Of a stretch of 64,000 bases of DNA, positions 21,190 through 36,124 are shown in pieces. How positions within the stretch are numbered: the stretch's first letter is position 1; each line of letters opens with the position of its first letter. The position numbers were made by a program, and so were the translations under genes. Source of the DNA: the human T2T-CHM13v2.0 reference genome, Homo sapiens; assembly GCF_009914755.1 (NCBI RefSeq), contig NC_060934.1; one strand, written 5' to 3'. A model generated the notes under the pieces. The model searched no databases. It was not told the DNA's origin and saw only the letters and a list, made by a program, of their open reading frames with translations.

Positions 21190-21473
21190 ATTATTATTAT
21201 TTTTTCTTGAGACAGAGTCTCACCTCTGTCATCCAGGCTGGAGTGCAGTGGCGCGATCAACTCCCCGGGCTCAGGTGATCCTCCCACCCCAGCCTCCCAA
21301 GTAGCTGGGACTGTAGGCACCTGCTACCATGCCCAGCTAATTTTTATATTTTTTGTAGAGACGGGATTTTGCCATGTTGCCCAGGCTGGTCTCAAATTCT
21401 TAGGCTCAAGTGATCTGCCCACCTCGGCCTCCCAAATTGCTAAGATTACAGGTGTGAGCCACCATGTCCAGCC
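21190..21473 (-). mobile_element. AluJ nested in the tail of the FLAM
   Basis: Reverse dimer lying between the FLAM body and its downstream TSD. Confidence 0.88.
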
Positions 21474-22161
21474 TTAAATTTTTTAAATTAAAAACCAAAA
21501 AATACGATTCATGAATATTCTTGTGCATTTTGGTGCACATGTGCCATTATTTCTGTTGGATATATACCGGGAAGGAATTTTCTGGGTCATAGGTTATACA
21601 TATCTTCCAAAGCGGTTGTACCAATTTACACTCCCATCAGTAGGGTATGGGAGTTTTCCCAGTTGCTCTGTGTCTTCACTTACACTTGGTATTGTTATTA
21701 ATATTATCTTTAATGTTTTTTGTTAGCCATTCTGTTGAGTATAAGTGGTTTTATTTACATTTTCCTGATGACTAATGAAGTTGAGTGCCTTTTTATATGC
21801 TTATTCAATATTTGGGTATCTTTTTTTGGTGGAATTCCTGGTTATTTGCCCAATTAAAAAAAAAAAGCTCTATTTTGAGGTATAATTTATGTACCACAAA
21901 ATTCACCCATATAATTTTGTGAGTTTTAGTAAATCTGTATAGTTTTGCAGCCATTACTACAATCCAGCTTTGGAAGCTTTCTGTCACCCCCAGAAAGTTC
22001 TCATGTGCCTATTTTGCAGTCTGTCTCTATTCCCACACCAAGCTCAAGATAGCCCTTACTTGCTTTCGGAATGGCTCTGTAATTTTGCCTTTTCTAGAAT
22101 TTTTTAATAAGTGGAAACATACAATATGTATTCTTAATATGTATGGCTTTTTGCACTTAGC

Positions 22162-22340
22162 ACAGGGTTTCTCAGTGTTGGCACTACAGCCGTTTTGGAC
22201 AGGATAATCCTTTTTTGTGGAGGGCTGTCCTATGCACTGTAGGATGCATCCCTGACCCTACCCCTTTGTGACAACCTAAAATACTTCCAGACATTGCCAA
22301 ATGTCTCCTGGATGGCAAAATCAGCACCACTGGTTGAGTG
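22162..22340 (-). mobile_element. MER20 (hAT)
   Basis: cagggtttctca...ggcact...ttgtgacaacc...ccagacattgccaaatgtc. Confidence 0.78.
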
Positions 22341-22599
22341 TAATTTTTCAGGATTCATCTGTGTTATTCATTTGTCTATTAAAATTTTTGGTTATTTATA
22401 TTTTCCTTAATGATTTGTAGGATATGAGGTCCTTTTTCCACAATGTAGATTGCTTTTCATTTATTTAATTCTTTTTCCTGATCCATAGAGGTATTTTTAA
22501 ATTAGAAAATAAATTTATTAGAAAACAAAGGTTGAAAATAAACAGAATGAACAAACTCTATTTTTGCTTGCCCCAAAATCTCAATAAAAACTGTTATCT

Positions 22600-22897
22600 G
22601 GCCAGGTGCAGTGACTCATGCCTGTAATCCCAGCACTTTATAAGTTTGAGGCAGTAGGATTGCTTGAGCCCAGGAATTCAAGAACAGCCTGGGCAACATA
22701 GCGAGACCCCATGTCTACGGAAAGTAGTAAAAAAACTTAGCTGGGCATGATGGCACTCACCTGTGGTCACAGCTGCTGGAGAGGCTGAAGTGGGAGGATC
22801 CCTTGAACTTGGTGGAGGCTGCAGTGAGCTGTGATTGTGCCACTGCACTCCAGCCTTGGTGACAGAGCAAGACCTCGTCTCAAACAACAACAGCAAA
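22600..22897 (+). mobile_element. Alu (AluJ-type)
   Basis: Diverged dimer; TSD act(g/a)ttatct. Confidence 0.88.
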
Positions 22898-24274
22898 CAA
22901 CTATTATCTCTTAAAATTTTAATATTTTTTCATATAAGTTCTGCATTTCCTTGTTAAATTTTTGCCTTGATAGTTTATCTTTCCAGCTACTATTTTGAAT
23001 GGGATAGTTCTTCCATTATGTTTTGCAATTATTGTTTGGATATAAGAAAGCTATTAATTACTATTCTATAATATCTTAACCTTATTGAGTGCTCTTATTG
23101 TTTATTTTCCCCTCAACATTGAAGTTTTTCAATCCTATAAAAATGTTGATATGTAAAAAAAGTTGTATAGAGAACATACACATATCAACTACCTAGATTC
23201 TACGGCTGTTCATATTTTGCTATACTGACTTTATTACACACGTCTATCCATCCATTCATCCATTTATCCATTCATTATCTGTTTCTCTTTTTCATTTTCT
23301 TAAGGATTTTCTCTTCTTTCAAGTATTTGTACCTTTGTTTTTTTCACTTGTCTAATTATGTTGATTAATCCTTCCTGAACAATTCTAAATAATTCGACAT
23401 TGGAAATGTTAGTAATTTAGTGAATTATTTTATAATATATTTTCTGGCACAATTTTAAAGTTTTAAACTTTCCTTCTTAGTTTTCTGTTTTCTACCAGAA
23501 AGTTATTGTTTATGTGCTGACATAGACTTCTAGATAAAGTGGCATATTACTTTATTCCCATGTTTCTTATTTGTAAATCTGTATTTAAATTCACACAGAT
23601 CTTTAACATAACTCTGTAACAGAAGCAGTTAATTCTTATTTTGCCAGTGTCTCTATGTCAAGGTACACTTCTGCTTGAATATAAGATGCTATTGCTGTTA
23701 CTGTATGAAATGTTGCCTTTTTATTATAAAAATCTGTCACTTTTATGTACCAAAATGAGAACTGAGATGGTTTTGAAATTTCAGAAAAAATTTTAACAAA
23801 AGAACTAATCGATTCAGTGAATATATATTTTTTTTCCTTAAAGAGCAATCATTTTCAGAAGTAGTTTTTAAGTGATAATCTCATCTCAAGATAATGGGAA
23901 GAAAAATGTCAAGACCAGGGCATTTATTTTATATCCCTGTGTTTCTTACTAACGTGTTTTTTATCTGTAAGGATATAACTACTGAATGTACATATGGAGT
24001 ATAAAAACAATATTTTATTGTTCTTTTAATTTATAAGATGATCAACTTTTCCAATTTACCAGCTTATCAGCTCACATTTCTTCCTATAAATCAATGCTGA
24101 AATATTAGTTAATTTGAGTGCTTTCTTTAGAAAGGGAAGGTATTTGAATCATCCCTCCTTCCATCCCTTCCTCCTTTCTTGGAAAGTGTGAGCAAAGTTA
24201 ATAAATTTCATTTCTCTTTGTATGTTGTCATTTTAGCATCTCAATTTTAAAGAAATGTACTGGAAATCAAGATA

Positions 24275-24590
24275 TTTTATTTTTTAATTTTAATTTTAAT
24301 ATTTTTTTGAGACAGGGTCTCACTCTGTCGCCCAGGCAGGAGTGCAGTGCCGCGATCTTGGCTCACTGCAACCTCCGCTTCCCACGTTCAAGTGATTCTC
24401 ATGCCTCAGCCTCTGGAGTAGCTGGGATTACAGGCGCCCGCCACCACACCCAGCTAATTTTTGTATTTTTTAGTAGAGATGGGGTTTCGCCTTGTTGGCC
24501 AGGCTGGTCCCCAACTCCTGGGCTTAAGCTATCCGCCTGCCTTGGCCTCCCAAAGTGCTGGGATTATAGGCGTGAGCCACTGTATCCAGC
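24275..24590 (-). mobile_element. Alu (AluS/J-type)
   Basis: Reverse dimer; TSD aagatattttattttt. Confidence 0.9.
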
Positions 24591-24859
24591 CAAGATATTT
24601 TATTTTTGCTTGTAAAGCATGTTTTATTTCCAGTTGGTATGTTGTATGGCATGAGCTTTATAAAGTCTCTTAAAATTTTAAAGATCTGTGATATGGCTTA
24701 TTCACATTTAAAGATAAAGTAATATTACATAATTTATTTCAGAGTATCCTGCCAAAGTTTTATAAAGAATGGCCAAGAAACTAGCATACCATATCTGATT
24801 TTGGATCTTTAAATTAACCTTGATAGAATCTTTTTTCTGGCCTGCTTTTTTTTGGTCTG

Positions 24860-27385
24860 TGCCCTGATGGATGTGAAGTAATATCGTCCCTGATTACTAA
24901 TGAGGTTGAGCTCATTTTCATATGTTTATTGGCCATTTGGATTTCCTGTTCTCTGAAGTGATTGTTAAAGTCTTTTGGGCTCTCTTTCTTTTTCTTATTG
25001 ATTTATGGGGGTCATTATACATTTTGGATACTTATCCTTTGTCCGTTATATATGAGGCACATATTTTCTTTTGCATTGTGGTTTATCTTTTCACTCTCTT
25101 TAGGATTTTCTTTTTTTGTGTAGACATTTTAAGTTTTAATATAGTCCAATTTATTAACTTTTCCCTACATGGCTAATGTTTTTGTCTTAAGAAATTCTTT
25201 CCTAACCAAGATGGTGAAGATATCCTGCTGTGTTATCTTTGTAAAGTTTTATGGTATTGCCTTCTACATTAGGTGTGTAATTAAACTGGTGTTGATTTTT
25301 GCTTATAGAGTGAGGTAAGGACCGAATTTTATTTTTTCTATGTAGATACCCAGTTGTCCCAGCACCATGTACTTTAAAGACCGTCCTTTTCTTACTGCTT
25401 TGCAATGCTTCCATCATATAATGGATGTCCGTACGCACATAGTATATTTCCATGACATTCTCTTAGGTTAAATTTTTAGGAGAATTGTTAGAGCAAAACA
25501 AATGATTATTTATTAATGCTTATTTTGAAATTACAAAATTTGTGCACATTTATTTTTCAATTTTTTAATTGTAGTAAAATACACATAAAATTTACTGTCT
25601 TGACTATTTTTTATATCCTGTGAAGATTCACCATCGTCATGATTTTTAAATGTCTAGTTCAGTGGTATTAAATACATTCGTAATGTGCAACTGTCACCAC
25701 TGTCTGTCCATCATGCCTCTTATCTTTTAAAATGAAACTCTACCGTGTTAAACAGTAACTTCCTATTTCTTCCTTCCTCCTGCCCTAGGCAACTGTTCTT
25801 CTACTTTTTGATACCATGATTTTGACTATCCTAAGTACCTCATTAAATGGAATCATACAGTATTTATCATTTTGTGACTTAGTTCCTTTAGCGTAATGAG
25901 CCTTAAGGTTCATCCATGTCATAGCATATGTTAGAATTTCCTTCCTTTTTAAGGCTGAATAATATTTGTGGTATGTATATACACATTTTGCTTATCCACT
26001 CATCTATTGATGTCACTTGGATTGCTTGCATGTTTTAGCTGTTGTGTATTTAGCTACGAACGTGGGTGTACAAGTATCTCTTTGAGACCCTGCTTTCAGT
26101 TTTTTAGGGTATATACCCAGGAGTGGGATTCCTGGATCTTGTAGGAATCTATTTTTAATTTTTTGGGGGAACTGCCATATTGTTTTCTGTAGCTGTACCA
26201 ATTTTACATTTCCATCGATTTGTGCACAAGAGTTCTAATTTCTCCACATCTTTACCTATACTTGTTCTTTTCATTCTTTTTTAAAGTAATAGTCATCCTA
26301 GTGGGTGTAAGGTGGTACTTATATAGTTTTGACTTATATATCTCTAATATTAGTGACGTTGAACATCTTTTCATGTGCTTATTGGCCATTTGTATATCTT
26401 CCTGGGAGAAATACCTGTTCGGCTCCTTTGCCTATTTTTGAATTGGGCTAGTTGTGGGTTTTTTTTGTTGTTGTTGTTGTTGTTGTTGAGTTTTAGGAGT
26501 TGTCTGTATATTCTGGATATTAATCCTCATCAGATACATGATTTGTAAATATTTTCTGTCACTTTATAGGTTGCCATTTTACTGTAATATTGTCTTTTAA
26601 AATGTATAACATTTTACAATTTTCATCAAGTCCAGTTCCGTGTTTTCTTTTGTTGCCTGTGCTTTAGTGTCATATCTCAGAATTCATTGTCAAGTCCAGT
26701 ATCATAAAGCTTTTGCCTCATGCTGTCTTCTGAGAGTTTTATAGTTTTAGGTCTTACATTTAGGTTTTTCTTTGGTCCATTTTGAGTTAATTTTTGTTTA
26801 TGGTGTTAGGTAAGGGTCCAACTTCACTGTTTCACATGTGGATATTCAGATTTCCCAGTACCATTTTTTGAAAAGACTGTCCTTTTCTCATTGACTGGTC
26901 TTGGAACCCTTGCCAAAAATCATTAGACCATATATATGCCAGTTTTTTTTTTTCTGGTCTCTATTCCATTGGTTTATATTTCAGGACTGCACTGTTTTGA
27001 TTACTGTAGCTTCGTAGTAAGTTTGAAATCAGGAAGTGTGAGTCTTCAAGCTTTGTTCTTTTTCAAGATTATTTTGGCTATTCAGGGTCCATTGAGATTC
27101 CATGTGAATTTTGGGATAGGGTTTTCTATTACTGCAAAAAATGTCATTGAGATTTTGATAGGGATTGCATTGAATCTGTAGATTGCTTTGGGTAGTATTG
27201 ACATTTTAACAATATTAGGCCTCCAATATATGAACATGGGATGTGTTTTTATTTATGTCTTTGATTTCTTCCAGCATTGATTTTTTAGTTTTCATTGTAC
27301 AAGTCTTTCATCTCCTTGGTTAAGTTAATTCCCAAGTGTTTTATTCTCTTTGATGCTATCGTAAATGGGATTGTTTTCCTTACTA
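24860..27385 (-). mobile_element. L1M (L1MB-like) 3' portions
   Basis: Long reverse L1 3'UTR and ORF2-end similarity; ORF 26013..26201 (-) ...DPGIPLLGIYPKKLK... is L1 ORF2 C-terminal-like. Confidence 0.8.
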
Positions 27386-27881
27386 TTTAAAAGTCTTTAT
27401 TTTTCTTGAATTAATTTCCAGACGTGGTACATTTTTTGTCTTATTTTAAAATATATTTTTGAAATTGTCTTTTTGTGTTCTGTTTTTCATCTTTTCCAAC
27501 TATGCAATCTATGCACATTTCCTCAGCTTCTTTATTACACAGTTGTGTTTGTTTCTGCATATTCATGCTGCTCAGAGTCAATAAGTCCTTGCAATAAGCA
27601 GGAAAACTGTGTGATCTGAGAATTGGTAAAACATTTTGGAAACTGCAGACTTAGCCAAATTTAACTTATTACTGACACCATTTTGTTGCTATATTTTGAC
27701 TGACCAGTGACTAAATTTTGAATACCTAACCAGAACAATATAAATAAAATAGAGTTTGGGAATGTGAAGAAAATATAAGGAGAATATAAAGTATATTTCT
27801 TTCTCTTTTGCAGATTTCAGGAAATGACATAATCCTTGGAATTTCTGTAATATTTTACAGAAATTACAGAAAGAATATGTA

Positions 27882-28436
27882 CAGTCGATCCTCATTATTT
27901 GCAGATTTTGTATTTGTGAATTTGCCTACTTGTTAAAGTTTACTTGTAGTCCTAAAATCTATACTTGCGGCACTTACTTGGTTATTTGTGTGTATGCGCA
28001 AAGCTGCAAAAAAATTTGACTCCTCTAGCAAGCACATTCCCAGCTAAACTTGAACAAGGTGACACTGCCTTGATTTCACCTCTCATGAAGAGATGACCAG
28101 AGGACGGAGACAGCAGAGGGCAGTGTAGTGAAGTGCAAGAAGGTCTGGCTGTGGGGGCCAGTTGGATAGGGTTTGAATCCCAAGTCTGACATCTGTTTTT
28201 GGGATGGCCTTCCGCAAGTCACTTAACACTTATACACCTCATTTCTCTTTTGTAAAATAAAGAAAGGAGAATCTCCCTGGATGAATTGTTTTCAGGATTT
28301 AAGAATATAATAATCTATGTGAGGGGTGTGTGTATGTGCATGGTTTTCCCTATGAACAATGTTTCAGTAGTCGCTAATTCAGTGCTTGCAGTGATTTTAT
28401 AAAACATAACTACCACAAATAATGAGAATTAACTCT
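27882..28436. mobile_element. MER6/MER6A-like Tigger-family element
   Basis: Starts cagtcgatcctcattattt and ends aataatgagaattaact (degenerate TIRs); internal gaatttgcctact and ttcccagct...gaacaagg. Confidence 0.7.
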
Positions 28437-28715
28437 GTGTGTTTGCTAAATGATGATGAATGATTTTATTCTTTTTTAATATTGATACTTGTTCCTACCA
28501 AAATCTTAGCAGGACTGAAAAGATCACCATAATTTGCATGTAATTTAAAACAGATAACAGTATGAACAGTCTAAAAGTATATGCTTCCTTCAGTGCGGTT
28601 TCCTCTCTCTTCACTTAATAGCTTTTTGGAACTTTGGATATTTATTACCCAAACGTTTACTCTACTCTGTACCTTAGCTCTCCCATCTGTGTTGCTCATA
28701 GGTTTTGAAGGATTA

Positions 28716-29401
28716 TGCCAGTTCTTAATCTCAGTTCCAAATACGCCCTTCTATGCTTTGTGATGCTGGTTCAAAGACTGCAGATCACATTTCTGCCTTG
28801 CTAGCAGCTCATTTCTGTTTCAAAAGTATAGGGCACTAGAGGGAGGCTGCAAGGAGAAGGAGGAAGAAATGACTTACACCTTTGTCTTGTTTCCTGTGAA
28901 CTTCCTGTCTGCTTGTTACTTTGACCATCACCCTTGTAGAGGTTTTTTTTTTTTTGCTCCAGCATCAGCAGTTTCTTTCTGTAGCAGCTGTTGAATACAG
29001 TTTGTAGTTTTTCCAACACTCACAGAACTAACCTCATCATAACCCTTCATAACACCAGCACCAGTTGGCTGGTACCCTGTTCCTCAAAAGTTTGGGTCGC
29101 AGTCTCACAGGACCCCTCTTCAGAGACAACAGCACCAGCTGAGCAGCACTCTGTCCTCAGAGGTCCGTCTGAGTTTCAGCTCTGTGGAACCCTTCCTCCA
29201 AGCTTCTGAATTTTAATAATTCCAATCTTTTCCCTTTGTTCCCATAGTCCTAGGGGTGGTAGCTTTTGCCTGTAGTTGTTACCTCCCTGATCCTTTGTAT
29301 TATTTTTTCAGTTAGCAACAGAGTTAGTCATTGTTTTTATTAAATTTCTCTATTAAAATAATCAATGTGATTTTCCTCCTGTCTGGACCCTAACTGATAC
29401 A
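28716..29401 (+). mobile_element. ERVL solo LTR (LTR33/LTR41-like)
   Basis: tctcagttccaaa...gctttgtgatgctgg...cactagagggag; ends ggaccctaactgataca. Confidence 0.6.
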
Positions 29402-29691
29402 AGGATTAAATAAGTTACTAAATGGAAAGTGCAGAGAACAGTGCCTCTTCTAATAGCACGATGGATATTACTATATACGATAACATACTTGAAATAATTT
29501 GAGATTTTTCTTACTGATTTCTTTGCAAAATACTAATATTTCCAATTTATATAGGTAAAAACATTAAAATAATCATTGAATTTTATTGATATTAATATGC
29601 TCAAATATCACCTCGGTTAGACCTAACTTAACTACCCTATTTAAGTTGTAAACTCTGGCCTGTGTGCTCTCATACCCCATTTCCTCATCTT

Positions 29692-29987
29692 ATTTTATGT
29701 TTTTTGAGACAGAGTCTCAGTCTGTCAACCATGCTGGAGCGCAATGGTGCAATCTTGGCTCACTGCAACCTCTCCCTCCTGGGTTCAAGTGATTCTTGTG
29801 CCTGAGCCTCCTGAGTAGCTGGGATTACAGGCGTGCACCACCACACCGTGCTAATTTTTGTATTTTTTGGTAGAGACAGTATTTCGCCATTTGTCCATGC
29901 TGGTCTCGAACTCTTGGGCCCAAGTGATCTGCCCACCTTGTCCTTCCAAAGTGCTGGGATTCCAGGCATGAGCCACCGCGCTCAGCC
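29692..29987 (-). mobile_element. Alu (AluS/J-type)
   Basis: Reverse dimer. Confidence 0.9.
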
Positions 29988-30246
29988 TTCTCATCTTTCT
30001 TATTAGTTTACTTTTTCCCACAGTACTAATTGCTAATATACTGATTTATTTGTTGACTGTCCACTCCCCAAAATTGTAAGTACCCCAGCACAGAGAGATT
30101 TTGCATATTTGCACATTGTCAGCATCTAGAACAGTAACCTAACATATAGAAGGCACTCAGTAAGTATTTGTTGGAAGAATGAATGGATTTCAGCAGATCA
30201 ACTCTTTTGGTCAAGATTTGACCAAGATTTTTAATAGATTTTTATG

Positions 30247-30565
30247 CAGTAGTTCCCCCTTATCCGAGGTTTCACTTTCCATGGTTTTATTTACCTGCAG
30301 TCTGAAAATAGGTGAGTACAGTACAGTAAGATGTATTGAGAGACATCATTCACATAATTTTTATGATAGTATATTGTTACAATTGTTCTATTTTATTATT
30401 ATTGTTGTTAGTCTCTTACCGTGCCTAATTTATAAATTAAACTTTATCATAAGTATGTATGCAAGGAAAAAACATAGTATACATAGGGTTTAGTACTATC
30501 CAAGGTTTCCAGCATCCTCTGGGGGTCTTGGGATGTATTCCCTGGGGATAGAGGGGACGGCTGTA
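30247..30565. mobile_element. MER44A-like (Tigger7) MITE
   Basis: TIRs cagtagttcccccttatcc ... ggatagaggggacggctg(ta). Confidence 0.78.
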
Positions 30566-31362
30566 TTACGTTTCTTTTCTAGAGCACATTTCGCTGGGGT
30601 GTTGTTTGTCTTTGTGTTTTCTGCAGCTTGGACCAGTGCCTTGTAGTGGATGTTCATGAACATTTTGAGTTGTTCGTGAACAATTTGAGTTGTTTAGTTT
30701 TTACATTTTATGGTTAAATGTTCTTACACACTGGACAATTAGGCTCTTCTTCTTTTGGTGGGGGGAAGAATACCTCAGCCTTGAGATGAAATCAACCAGA
30801 TTGATAGAATCAGTCCCAGTGATTATTTTTTCTTTTTATTCCTTGTTTTTTAGATTCCTTTTGTATTTATCTTACATATTTTTTGTTTGTTTGTTTGTTT
30901 GCCTTTGATTGACTAACACCTCTGTGGGACTGAAATCATCTCTGTTTTCTGTGCTGGTCTTTCAGTTTCCAGCTAAAAATTTTATTAAAATATATTCTTC
31001 ACTATGAAATACTATATAATGTTAGAAAATGTAAAAATATAGAAAGAAAATAAATGAAGATTTAAAAATTATTCCTGTACTCACCACCCAGGGAATACCT
31101 TCTGTTCAAACAAGAGTAATATGAGGGTGTAATTTTTTTAGAATATGAAACCAGTATGGAACTTTCAGACAACTTATGTTTCCCAGTATCCCTCATTTGT
31201 TTATGTAATGTGGCCATGCTCTACTGATGATTCATGAAAATAAAAACAGTGATTTTAGGTGATCATGACTGATATTTGAAATCTTTTTATCAACAGAAGT
31301 TATATTTTTAAATTAAGATTGGGATTTGTTATTCCATTTTTGTTTTTAACATTTGTTTAGTT

Positions 31363-32272
<910 letters not shown>

Positions 32273-33143
32273 TTAGATATTAGGTAGATAAGCTCTTTTT
32301 TAAAAATACTTTATGTCCCAGTTATATTAGTGTAGAGAATAGTGTCACACACTTGTAAATATTTATTTCAGTTTTGTTTTTTTAAAGTTTTTTAGAACTA
32401 GATCCTGATGAGTAATCATGTTATTTTCAAGCAATAATTTGAGGCACTATTCTTTTAATGTAACTTTTATTATTTATATTAAACCAAATGATATCATTGT
32501 TGGTATAATCAATATATGACAGAATTTGTTACTGTGAGGAATTTTAGAGGTTATCTAGTGTGAGTTATTTTTCTTCCTTCATGCCAGCCCATTCACAAGT
32601 ATAAAAGATACATCTTTAAAATCTCCAGGACATCAGTCAATTAATTTTAGTGGCTGCGTCATTTTTCATTGTAGAACTGTACTGCATGATTTAAGCAGGT
32701 TCCTGTTAAGTGACATTTAGGCTGATTCACTTTTTCACTATTGCAAATGGTGCTTTGATGAGTATTTTTGTATGTGCATGAATTTTATTTTATGAAATTA
32801 TCTCCTGATAAATTCTTAAAAGTGAGATTTAGACATTTATTTATTGAAACATTTATTAACTTTAAAAAATTTAGTATCTGTTTTTAATGTAATAAGTGGA
32901 GTTTTGCTGAAGTGATGTTAATATACATCATAGTGAAATGTCTTATAAAAACAACCTAGTTAGCATTTTAAGATCTGATTCCTAACGTTAAAAATGATCC
33001 TAGTATCTACTACATATTTGGAAACCTTTCATTTATAATAAATGATGGTGAGAAGTTAACCAAAGAAGGAAAACGAGAAAGTTAAAGTACTAAGAACAAG
33101 GAAAAATGACCAAATGATAGAAATATGGGGAGACTGGAAAGGG

Positions 33144-33641
33144 TATAGAGGAGGCAAAACTTTGCCTCCACCCTCTTAGCGTCCCTGCTGGGCCCGAGAA
33201 TTAAACTGACACAAGATAGAGTAGAGGAGAAAAGCATAGACATTTAATATAAGTTTTATGTGACATGGGAGCCCTCAAAAGAAAATGAAGTCATAGAGAA
33301 ATGGCAAAACCTACATGCTTTTGTGTTAGGTTGAAAGAAGAGAGGCGATTGTAGAAAAGTAGATATGTTATATGGGGAGGCTAAAGGAAGATGTTTAATT
33401 TAACAAGGTCTGTTTGTACACAATTCTCTTGACTGTGACTCCCTATCAAAGAATGTTTCTTTTCTCCTGGGATAGAGAAGACGTCTTTTACAGGAACATT
33501 TTCATCTCCTAGTTTCAGGAAGAAAAGGTGGAAGATTAGAATGCCCTTCTTGCATCTGCTATTTTTCAAGTGCCTTTCAAACTCAAAGTGATCCTTATGT
33601 CAGAGTGGCATGTTTGAAGTGGTGTATTCTGCCACCCTTCA
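33144..33641 (-). mobile_element. ERV1 solo LTR (MER34-like)
   Basis: Reverse complement begins TGAAGGGTGGCAGAATACACCAC...CATGCCACTCTGACATAAGGAT; near-TSD aggg/cggg. Confidence 0.65.
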
Positions 33642-33651
33642 CGGGTAATGA

Positions 33652-33839
33652 TTATGCCTAGTGTTCCATTAACGGAACGCTAAGCTTGTGGGGGTTATTT
33701 ATATCCTACTGCCCAAGGTAATTGCCAAGGTCTGATTTTTCACAAAAAAATTTGCAACCTCTAGCATAAATGGGTTAATTTCACACACAAAAATTTGCAA
33801 CCTCCGGCATAAATGGGTTTCAACCTCCAGCAGAAAGGG
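33652..33839. mobile_element. MER85 (non-autonomous piggyBac, PGBD3-derived) with a reiterated end
   Basis: ttatgcctagtgttccattaacggaacgctaagc...ttatttatatcctactgc...ccaaggtctgatt...gcataaatggg followed by TTAA; end motif repeated at ~33780-33817 and again, degenerate, at 33821-33839. Confidence 0.85.
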
Positions 33840-34302
33840 CTTTGGAAACAGACCTGGATTTAAATTCTGTTTCTGCTTCTTACTAGCTACATGACCTGGG
33901 AAAGCCTTTTAACCCCTCAAAGCTCATTTATATCCTCCTTTAAAGTAGAGGTAATAATATATCATGGGGTTGTTGTGAAGATTAAATAGTAATAGTAATT
34001 ACAGCTAACATTTTTGAATCCTTCTATATATGCCAGATAGTATATTAAATGTTTATATGTGGTTTTTTTTTTTACTTGGCAGATATATGTTATCTTAATT
34101 CTCATGAACTTGTGAGATGTAGATAATTTTTACTGATGAGGAGACTAAAAGAGGGATTTTGTAAATTGCCCCAAGCAACACAGCTAATAAGTGGCAAAAC
34201 CAGAATTTAAATCCAGCAGTCTGACCCACCAGAGGCTGTGATTTGAAATGCTGTCCCCTATGTATATGAAGCCCTTAGCACAGTGCATAGCCATAGCATG
34301 CA

Positions 34303-34416
34303 TTAATTCATATTTATGTTTAGGCTGTCTTTTATAAATAGTGTGTCAAGAGAATGAGAAGACAAGCCACAGACTGAGAAAATATTTGCAAGACACATAT
34401 TTGATAAAGGAAAGTT
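34303..34416 (+). repeat. Inverted repeat, left arm (114 bp)
   Basis: Reverse complement of 35740-35853 with 2 mismatches. Confidence 0.95.
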
Positions 34417-34652
34417 ATCCAGAATATGCAAATAACTCCTAAAACTTAACAATTAGAAAATGAACAGCCCAGTTAAAAAATGGTCAAAAGATTTGAACAG
34501 ACATCTCACCAAAGATTTGACAAATAAGTATATGAAAAGATGCTCGACATCATATGTCATCAGGGAATTGTAAATTGAAAAGATACAAGTACTACTATGT
34601 AGCTGTTAGACTGGTGAAACCCATGCTTGCTGGCAACCCCAAATGCTGGTGA

Positions 34653-35037
<385 letters not shown>

Positions 35038-35739
35038 AACAATTTGGCAGTTTCTTAAAAAACTAAACATACTCTTACGATATGATCCAGCAGTTGTACT
35101 CCTTGTTTATTACCCAAATGAGTTGAAAAACATGTCTACACAGAAACCCGCACATACATGTTTATAGAAGCTTTATCCATAATTGCCAAAACTTGGAAAC
35201 AACCAACATATCCTTAAGTAAGTCAATGGATAAACTGTGGTATAACTAGACAATAGAATATTATTCAGTGCTAAAAAGAAATGAGTTATTAAGCCATGAA
35301 AACATTAAGGAACTGTAAATACATATTACTAAGTGAAAGAAGCTAAACAGAAAGGTCTATACATACTCTGATTCCAAGTATATGACATTCCAGAAAAAGC
35401 AAAAGCAAAACTATGGATGCAGTAAAAAGATCAGTGGTTGCCAGGGGTTGGAGGAAGGAGGGGATGAGTAGGCAGAGCACAGAGGATTTTTAGGGCAGTG
35501 AAACTATTCTGTATGATATTATAACGAGGGCTACATGTCATTATACATTTGTTGAAACCCATAGATGCAAGAGCAAACTGTAATGTAAACTTTGGACTTG
35601 GGTGATAATGATGTGTTAATGTAGGTTCATCATAGCAACAGATGTATCACTCTGGTGTGCAGTGTTGATGGGGGGGTGGTTATGCATGGAGCACGAGGGA
35701 ACTTTCTGTACTTTCCACGCAATTTTGCTGTGAACCTAA

Positions 35740-35853
35740 AACTTTCCTTTATCAAATATGTGTCTTGCAAATATTTTCTCAGTCTGTGGCTTGTCTTCTC
35801 ATTCTCTTGACACACTATTTTTAAAAGACAGCCTAAACGTAAATATGAATTAA
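35740..35853 (-). repeat. Inverted repeat, right arm (114 bp)
   Basis: Reverse complement of 34303-34416 with 2 mismatches. Confidence 0.95.
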
Positions 35854-35929
35854 ATATGAATTAAAACTTAAAATCTATTAAAATAATAAAAAATTAGAAA
35901 ATGATGCATTTGAAATGTGACACTTCTGA

Positions 35930-36124
<195 letters not shown>

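Noticed and set aside
28825-28850. CTCF-like site in the ERVL LTR
   Set aside because: The core (gtatagggcactagaggg) is too degenerate to call from sequence alone
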